Shown here piece after piece: positions 13,201 through 23,484 of a stretch of 64,000 nt of DNA; position 1 is the stretch's first letter, and every line of letters begins with the position of its first letter. Where the stretch lies: the NCBI RefSeq assembly GCF_056712565.1, contig NZ_CM160072.1; one strand, given 5' to 3'. The translations under genes and the position numbers were made by a program. Below the pieces are notes generated by a model. It made no database searches. It saw nothing but the letters and a program-made list of their open reading frames with translations, and was not told where the DNA came from.

Positions 13201-13441
13201 AAAATCCCTTAAGAACCAGCCTATTATGGCTGGTTTTTTTATGATTGTTTTTTATGCGGAGAAATACCGGGGAATAATTGGGGTAAAACACCTTTAGGCT
13301 ATTCACTTAGCCTACCACCATCAAAATCTTTCCGAATGTATCCATCTCTTTTTTCTTATGCAGCTAAAACGAAGTCTTGATACTGTTTATTTACACAGAT
13401 AAGAATAATACTGTCTACAAACGCAGTACAAAAGAAGTGTT

Positions 13442-13620
13442 ATGCGTATTGAGATCTCCATAGCCAAAGACAAAATGACCAAATGCCAAACGGCGCTGTG
13501 GACGCGTTAAAGGAAGAATTAACCCAACACATTGGCAAGCGTTATGACGATGTGGAGATGATCGTAAAAGCCACCAGCAACGATAGTTTTTCAGTTAGAC
13601 ATACTGCAGATAAAGATTGA
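13442..13620 (+). pseudogene. DinI-like protein, frameshifted and C-terminally truncated
   Basis: Frame 1 [14 protein letters not shown] then stop; shifted frame continues [37 protein letters not shown], matching the DinI-family pattern MRIE..IAK...LP.GA.DAL..EL. Confidence 0.5.
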
Positions 13621-14044
13621 GCTAAAACTTTCGTTCAGGAAACTCTGAATGATACCTGAGAGTCTACTGAAGAGTTGTTTGTTCACTAGTTAGCACGTAG
13701 GAAATCATTCAATACTCGCACTATCGGAAGTTCACCAGCCAGTCGTAGCACGTCCTTGCAAACGACGTGCCTACGGTTTCAATCACCTCTCACCATCAAT
13801 TCTATCAATAATAATTAAACAGCGCCTAGACAAAATAAATAACAACAAGTCAACAACCTCGACAGGATGCCGATGGGATGATGAAGAGATAAGAAAGAAT
13901 AACCAGTAAAGCCCTAAAACGTCAGCGTTCAGACGCGTTTTTTACTTAATCGGTAACAAATACGTTGTATCATAGCAAAATAAAATGATTGTTCTAAATC
14001 AGATTAACTCCTCACTTTTGTACAATGTCGCTTACAGGTATACC

Positions 14045-15934
14045 ATGAAATCCGAGACGCTAACTGTCCAACAACTTTTTCAAGACCGCCGACAATACTG
14101 TGTTCCATTCTATCAACGTGCCTATGTATGGACTCAGCAAGACCAGTGGTCAGCTCTACTGGAGGATATCCTAGAGAAAGTACAATCCCGGCTCTCGGGT
14201 ACAAAACCAACTCCCCATTTCCTTGGTGCGGTTGTACTGGAACCTCAATCAAAAAAAGGATTATTAGGTGTAGATTCCATACATATTATTGATGGTCAGC
14301 AACGATTGACCACTCTTCAATATGTTCTGGCATCCATCCGATTAGCATTACGTGCTACGGATCTTTCCAGCTTAGAGGCTCTCATTTCGCCTTGCCTGAA
14401 AAACTCAAACGAAGACACAATGCGAAATAAAGAAGTAGAACGCTTCAAACTGTGGCCAACTTTTCGGGATCAAACTCATTTTATTCAAAGTTTTAATGTT
14501 GAAAATATTGACGATCTCCGGGACGTATTCTCTGATAGTTTCACGCAGCATGGTACGTTGCGTAAGCATTTTAATCACCCGCCATCACTAGAAGCATTAT
14601 GTTTTTTTACTGAAGCCTTTATAAAATGGATTAAAATAGAAAACCACTCACCACAAGAAAATGCTGTAGCTCTAATTGAGGCTGTCTTAACAGATCTGAA
14701 ACTGGTAAGCATATTTCTCGAAGCTGAAGATGATGCCCAAATAATTTTTGAAACATTAAATGGGCGAGGGGCGGAACTTCATGCTACGGATCTTATTCGC
14801 AACTATATCTTTATGTGCGCTGAGCATGAAAATATTAATGCTATTGAATTATATGAAAATGAGTGGAAGAGCTTTGAAGATAAATACTGGTCGGAAAAAC
14901 AACGCCGTGGACGTATTAATAAACCACGCATGGAGTGGCTAGTACATGCGACATTGCAATCAGAAAGGCAACGTGAAATTGATCTGTCTCGCCTTTACAA
15001 TGAGTATCGTGATTATGTAAGTAAGGACTTGTCTTCACAACGAGCAGATCTGCAAGTAAAGCGCCTCAAACAATATGCATCACAATATAAAGAATTGGTT
15101 GATGGTTTTGGCACAACCCCCATCTCACACTTTGGATATCGCATCGCAGACTATGATGTGACGACACTTTATCCGCTTGCTTTGTTCATTTCGATAGCTA
15201 ACATCGCTGATGATGAGAAAGCAGCCATGTATAATGATCTTGTCTCCTACGTAGTACGAAGAGCCGTATGTGGCCTGACGCCAAAGAATTACAACAATGT
15301 ATTTATGAATGTATTGCGGCACTTGGCTAAAACGGAAATTTCCAGTGTTGAGTTACGTAATATCCTCAATAACTTAAATGGCGAAGCCTCACGTTGGCCT
15401 GGTGACTCAGAATTTCTCAACGCTTGCATCAATGCTCCACTTTATCCTGGCAGGCTCGACGCACCGAAAATGCGCTCAATGTTAACGGAACTTGAAAGAG
15501 AACTTTGTCGCCAAGTAAAGACAGAAAAGCCTGATGTTCCAAATCTTTCTAATCTCGATATCGATCATCTTATGCCTCAAAGTTGGTATTCCTGTTGGCC
15601 TCTCGAAAATGGTCGTATGGTGACAAATTCAGATGCTACGGTATTGAACCAAATTGTTCTGTCTGGAACCGATCTTACCCCTGAACAGCTACTGGTAAGG
15701 AAACGGCAACAAGCGATATCTACTTTGGGAAATCTAACTTTGCTTAACCTTAGCGTAAACCGTTCTGTTCAGAATGCTGTATTTCTGAAAAAACGTGATG
15801 CTCTCATCGTCCACACCAATCTACGACTGAACATTCCACTTATAGTTAAGGATAAATGGGATGAGGATGAAATCCTGGAGCGGGGTAAAAAGTTGGGGGA
15901 AATTGCATTGAAAGTATGGCCAAAACACGATTAA
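14045..15934 (+). CDS. Type IV restriction endonuclease, GmrSD-like (N-terminal DUF262/ParB-like, C-terminal DUF1524/HNH-like)
   Basis: N-terminal DGQQRLTTL motif; C-terminal DIDHLMPQSW...N motif; start taken at MKSETLTVQQLF; AT-rich gene. Confidence 0.75.
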   Translation: MKSETLTVQQLFQDRRQYCVPFYQRAYVWTQQDQWSALLEDILEKVQSRLSGTKPTPHFLGAVVLEPQSKKGLLGVDSIHIIDGQQRLTTLQYVLASIRLALRATDLSSLEALISPCLKNSNEDTMRNKEVERFKLWPTFRDQTHFIQSFNVENIDDLRDVFSDSFTQHGTLRKHFNHPPSLEALCFFTEAFIKWIKIENHSPQENAVALIEAVLTDLKLVSIFLEAEDDAQIIFETLNGRGAELHATDLIRNYIFMCAEHENINAIELYENEWKSFEDKYWSEKQRRGRINKPRMEWLVHATLQSERQREIDLSRLYNEYRDYVSKDLSSQRADLQVKRLKQYASQYKELVDGFGTTPISHFGYRIADYDVTTLYPLALFISIANIADDEKAAMYNDLVSYVVRRAVCGLTPKNYNNVFMNVLRHLAKTEISSVELRNILNNLNGEASRWPGDSEFLNACINAPLYPGRLDAPKMRSMLTELERELCRQVKTEKPDVPNLSNLDIDHLMPQSWYSCWPLENGRMVTNSDATVLNQIVLSGTDLTPEQLLVRKRQQAISTLGNLTLLNLSVNRSVQNAVFLKKRDALIVHTNLRLNIPLIVKDKWDEDEILERGKKLGEIALKVWPKHD

Positions 15935-16029
15935 TGCAATTAATAAAATGATTATAGTGGCCTTACATTAGTAAGGCCGCTACTCACTATTAAATACTTT
16001 AATTTGCATCAAGAACAGCAGTGTCAGCC

Positions 16030-16158
16030 CTAGGTCTCGGACTTTGTACCGCTTATCTTGTCTTCAAAAATCAGCTCGCATCCTGCACAGTTCAGCGCAT
16101 TACGTTGTAGATCTGTGTTCTGGTCATTTGTTGACACACGTACATAGCCAATAAGCAT
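16030..16158 (-). pseudogene. DNA invertase (Pin/Gin/Hin family) truncated to an N-terminal ~41-codon fragment
   Basis: Reverse-strand translation MLIGYVRVSTNDQNTDLQRNALNCAGCELIFEDKISGTKSET then stop; N-terminus of serine invertases including the catalytic-Ser region. Confidence 0.75.
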
Positions 16159-16184
16159 GGTAGATCTCCCTGACAAAAGCAGGA

Positions 16185-16679
16185 ATGATGCCATTTGCTC
16201 GTTATTTCTGCATTTTCATAAACGTTGGTTTGGGAGAAGGCTCTGCATTACCTGTTGGTGTGCCTGTTCCATGGCCTTCAGCCACACCGCCAACAGGCTG
16301 GCTGAAATGCAACGGTGCGGCTTTTTCTGCTGAAGAATACCCGGAACTGGCAAAGGCTTATCCGACAAATAAATTGCCTGATTTACGTGGTGAGTTTATT
16401 CGTGGCTGGGATGATGGGCGCGGCGTTGATTCAAGGCGTGCGGTGCTGTCAACACAAGAGCCAACTGTAGGTACTTTTTATGTGGAGCTAGCTATCATCT
16501 CGGGAACTTTGAGCGGCTCAGGTGCTAAATTTACCGATTCAGTAGGGATTGGATCAACCAGTAGTAACATTACCGTTAGCAACGGTAATGACCAGTCCGT
16601 GTCGGGTACAGTGGCCGTTAACCCCGTCGATACCCGTCCACGCAACATTGCATTTAACTATATCGTGAGAGCAGCATAA
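16185..16679 (+). CDS. Alternative tail-fibre C-terminal cassette (Sv'-like), in the unexpressed orientation
   Basis: Contains phage tail-collar-like motif VPVPWPSATPPTGWLKCNGAAFSAEEYPELAKAYP; shares the LGLGE crossover sequence with the expressed tail-fibre gene. Confidence 0.7.
   Translation: MMPFARYFCIFINVGLGEGSALPVGVPVPWPSATPPTGWLKCNGAAFSAEEYPELAKAYPTNKLPDLRGEFIRGWDDGRGVDSRRAVLSTQEPTVGTFYVELAIISGTLSGSGAKFTDSVGIGSTSSNITVSNGNDQSVSGTVAVNPVDTRPRNIAFNYIVRAA
16226..16240. repeat. Left inverted repeat / crossover site of the invertible tail-fibre segment
   Basis: ttggtttgggagaag is the exact reverse complement of 18141..18155. Confidence 0.65.
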
Positions 16680-17281
16680 TGGATAAAGCAATATTAAATA
16701 GTGGACTTGTTGCTACAAAGGCAGGGGATATTACCGTTTATAACTATGATGGTGAAACTCGGGAATATATTTCCACTTCAAGTGAATATCTTGCCGTTGG
16801 TGTTGGTATCCCGGCATATTCCTGTCTGGATGCACCAGGTATACATAAGGCGGGTTATGCTATCTGTCGTTCTGTGAATTTAAATTCATGGGAATATGTG
16901 CCAGACCATCGCGGTGAAATCGTCTATAACACCGAAACGGGAGAATCAAAACAAATCACAGCACCGGGTGATTACCCCGAAAATACAACCACTATTGCCC
17001 CATTAACGCCATACGATAAATGGGATGGTGAGAAATGGGTGACCGATACTGAGGCACAGCATAGCGCCGCAGTAGACGCGGCAGAAGCACAGCGTCAGTC
17101 ACTGATTGATGCTGCAATGGCTTCCATCGGTCTGATTCAGCTGAAATTACAGGCCGGACGGAAGCTGATGCAGGCAGAAACAACCCGGCTTAACGCTGTG
17201 CTGGATTACATTGACGCGGTGACGGCAACAAATACCAGCACAGCGCCGGATGTCATCTGGCCTGAACTGCCGGAGGCGTAG
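16679..17281 (+). CDS. Tail fibre assembly protein (alternative Tfa, partner of the Sv'-like cassette)
   Basis: 200 aa; C-terminal LDYIDAVTATNTSTAPDVIWPELPE typical of Tfa chaperones; convergent with and overlapping the other tfa. Confidence 0.75.
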   Translation: MDKAILNSGLVATKAGDITVYNYDGETREYISTSSEYLAVGVGIPAYSCLDAPGIHKAGYAICRSVNLNSWEYVPDHRGEIVYNTETGESKQITAPGDYPENTTTIAPLTPYDKWDGEKWVTDTEAQHSAAVDAAEAQRQSLIDAAMASIGLIQLKLQAGRKLMQAETTRLNAVLDYIDAVTATNTSTAPDVIWPELPEA

Positions 17282-17696
17282 GCCATTCAATATCTGGCGC
17301 ACAGGAAGTATCGACCAGTTCCAGTGCGTCCAGATAATCCAGCCACGAATTATATTGCGCCAGTTCCTCGCCTTTCAGACGACCAATAGCAGCTTTGCCA
17401 GGCCACTGATGGGTATTGATGTAGGTATTGACTTCTGAAACCAAAGATATTTTTTTCATTTCAGCCGTCAACACCTCATCCTCTTTTGAAGGGGGTGGGG
17501 AATTAATCCATACTGGCCGTCCTGAACTGTCAGCGCCAATTTCTTTCCCTTCTGGATGCAGACCAAGAAATTGCTCATATGTTTCTCTGGTAATTTCAAT
17601 AACATCATCAGGAAGCGTTCCCGCATCCTCATATTCTGGAAACAATTCTTGCAGATAAAAACTTTTACTTCCGGGTGAAAAGAATACTGAGTTCAT
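17253..17696 (-). CDS. Tail fibre assembly protein (Tfa)
   Basis: 147 aa, C-terminal LDYLDALELVDTSCAPDIEWPTPP motif. Confidence 0.75.
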   Translation of the reverse strand: MNSVFFSPGSKSFYLQELFPEYEDAGTLPDDVIEITRETYEQFLGLHPEGKEIGADSSGRPVWINSPPPSKEDEVLTAEMKKISLVSEVNTYINTHQWPGKAAIGRLKGEELAQYNSWLDYLDALELVDTSCAPDIEWPTPPAVQAR

Positions 17697-17698
17697 TA

Positions 17699-18442
17699 TT
17701 ACCGTCCAATGATTAACGCTGAGACGCTGGTATCTGAAGGAAAGGCTGCATTCAGTGGTTTGTCGACTTTGAACACAATCGTATTATTCCCCCTGACAGC
17801 GGCAAAAGAACAAACCGCCGTCGCGTATGAACCTGTAATATTACTGGATACACCACCATAAGCTGTTGTTGATACCAGAGGGATAACGCCCAGCACCTTA
17901 TTAGGAAATACAAAGGGCAATGTGGCTGTGGCAATATAAGACTTATTAGAACCTGTGATGGCATAAGCATTATCAGTCATTCCATTCATCGCCACTGGGC
18001 CGCTTATACTTACAGTAACCATCTGAATGATTAGCCCGTCAGGTTGACGAATCACAAAATTTCCATTGCCACCAGTAACCGTCCAGAAAGACATATCAGG
18101 GATTTGGTTTTCCCCGTTGCCCACATTCCGTTTTGCCGCTTCTCCCAAACCAAGGTTTTCGAGAGCCGTTTTCACCGTGCCGTCCGATTTGATATCGCTA
18201 AACGGATTCTTGCGGCTTAACAGCAGCGCACGAAGCGCGGTAAGCAGCTGGTCGTGCCGCGCCTTCTCCAGACTGGCACCGGATGCCTCCACCACGCTGC
18301 AGAGTTCTTCCTGCAACATGTCAAAGTAGTCATCATCCAGATCGGTGGCAGGCGTGCCTGTCTGGGGGTTACCACGGGTAAAACCGTTCTTACCCGCGCC
18401 GAACTTATCCTTCTGCGCGGTTTTCGTGTCTATACGATGCAT
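17699..18442 (-). CDS. Tail fibre protein (constant N-terminus + currently expressed variable C-terminus)
   Basis: 247 aa [29 protein letters not shown]...; crossover LGLGE inside the gene; e14 StfP-like. Confidence 0.75.
   Translation of the reverse strand: MHRIDTKTAQKDKFGAGKNGFTRGNPQTGTPATDLDDDYFDMLQEELCSVVEASGASLEKARHDQLLTALRALLLSRKNPFSDIKSDGTVKTALENLGLGEAAKRNVGNGENQIPDMSFWTVTGGNGNFVIRQPDGLIIQMVTVSISGPVAMNGMTDNAYAITGSNKSYIATATLPFVFPNKVLGVIPLVSTTAYGGVSSNITGSYATAVCSFAAVRGNNTIVFKVDKPLNAAFPSDTSVSALIIGR
18141..18155. repeat. Right inverted repeat / crossover site of the invertible tail-fibre segment
   Basis: cttctcccaaaccaa, reverse complement of 16226..16240. Confidence 0.65.
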
Positions 18443-18445
18443 GGA

Positions 18446-19030
18446 TTACTCCGGATATTTAAAAATTACGTAGGTATGCGAAGGGCAGAGTTTGTTAAGC
18501 ACACATTCGACGACGGTGTCGCCCCAGATACGCAGCGCGGAATCACAGGGATCGCCACATGTCATCCAGGTGCTGTTGGTGGCGGCTGGCATGTTGACCT
18601 GCCAGTAATACCGCCATTCCGGCGCATTCACCGCGTCAGTACAGGCCGATGAGCAGGTGAACGTGCTTTTGTCGTATCGCGTGATGGTGGCGTCTGGTCT
18701 GCCCAGGGCAGCAAGCTGTGCAAGGTAAAAATCCTCATTGATGCCGCCCGCCAGGTTAACCTTCGCATCCAGTCGTTGCTGACGCTGGCGAAGGGTCTGT
18801 GTTCCTGCGGGAATACATTCATCCGGCAGGCCGCACAGACGCTCCCAGCGATTTATCAGTTCGGTGGTGGTGCGCGGATCCAGCTCCCGCATCAGGGCAT
18901 CCGCACGCTGATGAACGCGGGTTAATGACTGTGCCGCACCGGCAATCGCCGGATCGCTGGCTGACCACGCCGGACCGGGCGGCAGCAGTGCCGACAACAG
19001 ACGGATGTAATCATCGTTTGTCACGCCCAT
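18446..19030 (-). CDS. Tail protein, Mu gp48 / YmfQ-like (DUF2313)
   Basis: 194 aa [29 protein letters not shown]...; located between baseplate J and the tail fibre. Confidence 0.65.
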   Translation of the reverse strand: MGVTNDDYIRLLSALLPPGPAWSASDPAIAGAAQSLTRVHQRADALMRELDPRTTTELINRWERLCGLPDECIPAGTQTLRQRQQRLDAKVNLAGGINEDFYLAQLAALGRPDATITRYDKSTFTCSSACTDAVNAPEWRYYWQVNMPAATNSTWMTCGDPCDSALRIWGDTVVECVLNKLCPSHTYVIFKYPE

Positions 19031-20078
19031 GAAATCGTCCCCAGAACCGCCAGTTCATTTTTTGCAATGGAGATATTTTCCGCCGGTGCAAGCAATTGAT
19101 GGCTGTATTCCCCGTTCGCACCGGAAATCGCTTCACTGATACGCGACACCTTCAGTTCTCCCTGCGGATAACCATCACGCAGCAGGAACGAACGCAACTC
19201 CGCGGTGATGGCAGCCCGTATTTCCGGTGTATCCGGCGTCACACGGATATGAAAATCCACCGTATGCGCACCGGCCTGAACACATACAAATCAGAGCCTG
19301 CCACCGGGGCCAGTGGCCCGATATGTTGTCTTGCCGCCGTTTCCGTTGATTCTTCCGGAATGGGATTAATCAGGTCACTGCTGGCAATCATCACACCGAC
19401 AGTCCCCGTTCCCATCCAGTGACGGTATGCCCATGCGCGGGTAATGCCGGGCAATTCTTTAGCCCAGACAACATAGTCCCCGTCAGCCCCGCCCTGAGGC
19501 GTCCAGTAATACCGCTCAATGACGCGGGCGCGCCACGTTTCCAGCTCTTCAGTATCAAATCCACCTGTCAGAGTGTCTGCCACGCCGGAAGACGGCAGAC
19601 CATTAACCGGCGTGACCAGGATTAATGACGTACCGTCGTCAGCGTTACCGACCGCGCCTGCACTTGAGCAGGCGATCGGCACGCGCAGGACACCACCGGC
19701 GCTGGTTGCATCGGCAGTTGCCGTGTACTGAATCAGGTCATCGCGCTGAATAACACTCCCGGCGGTCACCTTCAGGCCATCGCTGACGCCTTCCCAGCGC
19801 ATATACCCGCTGGCAGTCGTGGCCCCCTTGCGCGGACACCGTTTCATCGCAGCATGTCGCGCCAGCCAGGACTCATCGCACAGGTCAGGCAGCATGTTCA
19901 TTGCCAGATAATCGATGTACCCGTAAACCGTATGCAGCGCCGCCGCATACACCTTTGCCCGCACGTCTTCATCCATGCGCCGGAGCGTGTCGCTGACGTC
20001 CAGCCTGGCGAATAAATCGTTACGGAGCATACTGATATTTTCTGCCAGCGTCGGGCGCTGAAATTCACTGTCCGCCAT
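19021..20078 (-). pseudogene. Baseplate J-like protein (Mu gp47-like), split by a frameshift
   Basis: N-terminal 279-aa ORF (19239..20078) and C-terminal 79-aa ORF (19021..19260) overlap in different frames; together ~350 aa. Confidence 0.55.
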
Positions 20079-20493
20079 GCGTTATCGCACTCCACAGATC
20101 ATCTAAAGAAATCATTACCGGTCCGTCACGACGCCAGAGAGTGATACTGTTACCCAGTTCATTAATCCCGGTGCGGAGGATATCCAGATCAATACGGGAC
20201 ACCACGCCGTCATCAATCATCCATTGCAGGCATTCGCGGATATACCCCCTTACCGTCTGCACCAGCTGATTGGTCAGTTTGCTGCGCTGAAGCAGCCACA
20301 GTCGGGAGCCGTAACGGTCATTCTGTACCGCAGGCCAGGTATCCCCCCACCATCCCATCGGGACGTCGGCGTTGTCATCAGGCTCCGCCCGCCGCCAGGT
20401 AAACAGGGAAATCACCACGGCGCGGGTCAGCGGATCCAGCGGTGCGCTGGCGCAGGTGCGTTTACCGTTCACCGTCAGCCACAGTTCCATCAT
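20065..20493 (-). CDS. Baseplate protein (Mu gp46 / GPW-gp25-like)
   Basis: 142 aa; position and size in a Mu-like baseplate cluster. Confidence 0.6.
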   Translation of the reverse strand: MMELWLTVNGKRTCASAPLDPLTRAVVISLFTWRRAEPDDNADVPMGWWGDTWPAVQNDRYGSRLWLLQRSKLTNQLVQTVRGYIRECLQWMIDDGVVSRIDLDILRTGINELGNSITLWRRDGPVMISLDDLWSAITHGGQ

Positions 20494-21038
20494 GCCTCCA
20501 TCGCTTTATCAGGTTTGTCGGTGTTACTGCCCTGACCGTTCTCTCTGTGACGATGCCCGTTATAGGCAAGCCGCATCGCTGACATGGTGGTGCCGCTGGA
20601 GTCGCACAGGTCTTTCACCTGTCCTGTCACTTCCAGGTCCATTTCAAAACGTGCTTCAGGTGCATTGCGAAACGTGATCGTTTTACCTGCACCGTCCACC
20701 ACGATCCCCTCCCGGGTCAGCGTCACAGACTGCCCCTGATCGTCATAGACCGCCACCTCACCCGTCTGCAGCCCTTTCAGGCGGTAGCGCCGGTCCGACA
20801 CCGTAACAACCACCGCATGAGAACGGTCACCATCCGGAAACAACACCACCGCTTCCGCACCGCTGTTTGCCCTTGCGGTAAAACCGTAGGGTTCAAGATG
20901 TTCAACCCCGGCTTTGGGTTCACCGGCAATCAGGGACACATCCACGGTCTGACATTTCGTGGCGGCACTGATGCTTTTCACCACTGCCCGCCCAATCAGG
21001 CCGAGGAGTTGTCGCTGCATGGCTTCAATCGTACTCAT
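20490..21038 (-). CDS. Baseplate assembly protein V (Mu gp45-like)
   Basis: 182 aa; synteny. Confidence 0.6.
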   Translation of the reverse strand: MSTIEAMQRQLLGLIGRAVVKSISAATKCQTVDVSLIAGEPKAGVEHLEPYGFTARANSGAEAVVLFPDGDRSHAVVVTVSDRRYRLKGLQTGEVAVYDDQGQSVTLTREGIVVDGAGKTITFRNAPEARFEMDLEVTGQVKDLCDSSGTTMSAMRLAYNGHRHRENGQGSNTDKPDKAMEA

Positions 21039-22117
21039 CAGAACGGGTCCTCCTGTACTCTGGCTTTTTTCTTTTTCCGCGCGCCGGGGGCTTCGGGTTC
21101 AGGCAGATAAGCATCAGGTGGGCCGACACGGATTTCCGTCAGGGTGCCGTTCTGGTCCTGAGTAAACGTGACTTCCGAGACAAGCAGTTCGGTATTGTCG
21201 AAACCACAGACCGGATCGAAGACAATCACCCGCTGGTTGGGCTGCCACAGCGTACCGTTACCCTGTCGCCAGCCCTGCACCACATAGGTGGTTTCATCCG
21301 TCCGCGCCGCCCGTTGTCGGGCTTCAAAGTCAGCACGCGCAATACAGCCTGCCCCCGTAGCCTGCCCTGTCTGCCTGATATACATCGGACGGTAACGGGC
21401 AATAAATGCGTCCTCTGTGCGGGCCCGCAGCGCGCTGGTGGTGGCCTCACCGAAATCATCGTCGTTTCCAGCACGCTGCCCCGCCACCTGGTAAACAGAA
21501 AACCGCTCCCGGATACTCTTCTCCGTATCGCAGGAAAGGATGTTTTCCCCGAGTACCAGCGCAGTATGTGCCCGCGTTGAGCCAATACCGCCAATCACCA
21601 GCCTGCCGTGTGGGTCGTCGTAAGCCAGTGCCTGCTGCTGACCGAGTATTTTGTTGATTACCTCAATCACCGTTTCACCGTGATCGGGCTGGACGTCAGG
21701 AATAACACCCGACGGCGCACCGTTGTTCACCACCTCAATGCCGAAAGGCGCAGCAAGCGCCTGCGCAATCTGTACCAGCGATCGTCCGTTAAACTGTGTC
21801 GGTTCGGCTGCACAGTCAATCAGGTCAGCGGTCAGACTGCGTCCGGCAATACCGGTGCTGACCGAACGGGCATCGTAACGAACGGGCGTCGCCTCCACCC
21901 AGCCGGTGATCACCAGCTCATCACCAATCAGCACCTCCACTTTTGAACCGTTTTTAATGCGCGGCTGAAGCGTGGTGATACCCTCATCACCCGGCCACTG
22001 GCGGGTGATCTCCACACTGAAATCCCGCGCCAGCCGTTCAATACCGGCACCGATGCGCACCGATGTCCAGCCATTCCACTCCCGGCCATTTACCCGTAGC
22101 GTGACGTTATCGTTCAT
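21038..22117 (-). CDS. Baseplate hub / late control D-like tail protein (Mu gp44-like)
   Basis: 359 aa; synteny with Mu-like tail genes. Confidence 0.6.
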   Translation of the reverse strand: MNDNVTLRVNGREWNGWTSVRIGAGIERLARDFSVEITRQWPGDEGITTLQPRIKNGSKVEVLIGDELVITGWVEATPVRYDARSVSTGIAGRSLTADLIDCAAEPTQFNGRSLVQIAQALAAPFGIEVVNNGAPSGVIPDVQPDHGETVIEVINKILGQQQALAYDDPHGRLVIGGIGSTRAHTALVLGENILSCDTEKSIRERFSVYQVAGQRAGNDDDFGEATTSALRARTEDAFIARYRPMYIRQTGQATGAGCIARADFEARQRAARTDETTYVVQGWRQGNGTLWQPNQRVIVFDPVCGFDNTELLVSEVTFTQDQNGTLTEIRVGPPDAYLPEPEAPGARKKKKARVQEDPF

Positions 22118-23484
22118 TGCACTGGCACCTTCAGAGGGATCACCGGCACAAAGCCGGGATGCGTAATGGCATTACGCCGGATAATGTCCGCGTCACGCGC
22201 CGCGTTATCAAACCAGGTCGCCGCCAGCACCAGCGCGGGTAAAACCTCATCCGGTGTGCGCTGAATGATCCGTGCAGACTGTTCAAGGCGCGTGTTGATA
22301 TCCGCATTCAGATCTGCTTTCACCCGGCGCAGCGCCAGAAACAGCACATCACTGGTTGTACGGGACAACTCCTTATCAATTGCCGTATTCAGTGTGTCGC
22401 GAATGTCGGTCAGTTCTTCCCACGTTGGCAGGTCAACCGTGTTTTTCACCGCCGGTGCATTGTTCAGTGCCGGATGCGTGACAGAAGGCCAGCCGGTGCT
22501 CTGCGCGGGTGTTGTTGACTGCCCCACTGTGGCATTCTGCATCACCGCGGAAGTTGTGGGCGCAGGCAATCGTGTGACGGCATACGCCGCTTCGCTGATT
22601 GCGGTCGTACGAAGGGTGCTGGCAACCACGTTACGCTGCTGCGTCGCCGTGGCGGTGGTTTTACTGTCCGTTTTCCAGACGCCGCGCGGTTGCAGATCGC
22701 TGCCGAGGCTGACACCGGAAAGCGTTTTGATCATGGTGACCAGGTCGCTGGCGTTACCATAAAGGCGTTTCCCGGTACGCCACATTTTCTGCACCTGCTC
22801 AACGAAATTTTTGCCTGACGATGGCGGCGGCAGAAGTACCGAGATATCCCCCTGCAACAGCCTGGCGGCATCCGATACGGCAGAATCCACCACTTTCATC
22901 GCATCAGAAACATACCCAAGCATTGTGCTGGCATTACCGACGACGTCGTTCTGCACAAAATCTGCCACGCCATCGATACTGAAACCACTGAAGCTGTCAC
23001 TGATGCAGTCATCCAGTGCAGAACAGGATGACATCAGCGTCTGCGCCGTCGCCGCACCTGAAGTGGGGTAAGAGAGTTCTCCCGCTTCGACAAACTTCAG
23101 GTCAAAGCGGACAATACGCCCTTCACTCTTCGATGTGCTGACCCGAACTTCCCCGTCAACACAGACTTTCAGCTCACCGTAAGTCGGATGGACAAGCGTG
23201 CCGGGACCGGGTTTATTCAGCGCGTCAATCAGGCGATCGCGCTGGTCAAAGCAGTCATCTCCCACCACATAAGCTGTGATGGACGGGCGGAAAGTGATTT
23301 TCCCCAGGTCTTCGGTATAGGGTTTGTCGCGGTTCGGGTATTCGTGCGTTTCCACACGACGACCGGTTCCCGCACTTTCTTCTTCAACCTTAAACGGCAC
23401 ACCGCGAAATGACGCGTCCTGAAGTCTGTCTTTCCACGTCATATAAACTCCGTACATAAAAAATCCCACCGGAGTGGGACTCAT
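22114..23484 (-). CDS. DNA circularisation protein-like tail component (Mu gp43-like)
   Basis: 456 aa immediately downstream of the tape measure gene. Confidence 0.55.
   Translation of the reverse strand: MSPTPVGFFMYGVYMTWKDRLQDASFRGVPFKVEEESAGTGRRVETHEYPNRDKPYTEDLGKITFRPSITAYVVGDDCFDQRDRLIDALNKPGPGTLVHPTYGELKVCVDGEVRVSTSKSEGRIVRFDLKFVEAGELSYPTSGAATAQTLMSSCSALDDCISDSFSGFSIDGVADFVQNDVVGNASTMLGYVSDAMKVVDSAVSDAARLLQGDISVLLPPPSSGKNFVEQVQKMWRTGKRLYGNASDLVTMIKTLSGVSLGSDLQPRGVWKTDSKTTATATQQRNVVASTLRTTAISEAAYAVTRLPAPTTSAVMQNATVGQSTTPAQSTGWPSVTHPALNNAPAVKNTVDLPTWEELTDIRDTLNTAIDKELSRTTSDVLFLALRRVKADLNADINTRLEQSARIIQRTPDEVLPALVLAATWFDNAARDADIIRRNAITHPGFVPVIPLKVPVQ

Noticed and set aside
13985-14044. 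Upstream extension of the type IV restriction ORF
   Set aside because: Start moved to the internal Met (MKSETL), which begins the conserved DUF262-like region; the extension is AT-rich leader sequence.
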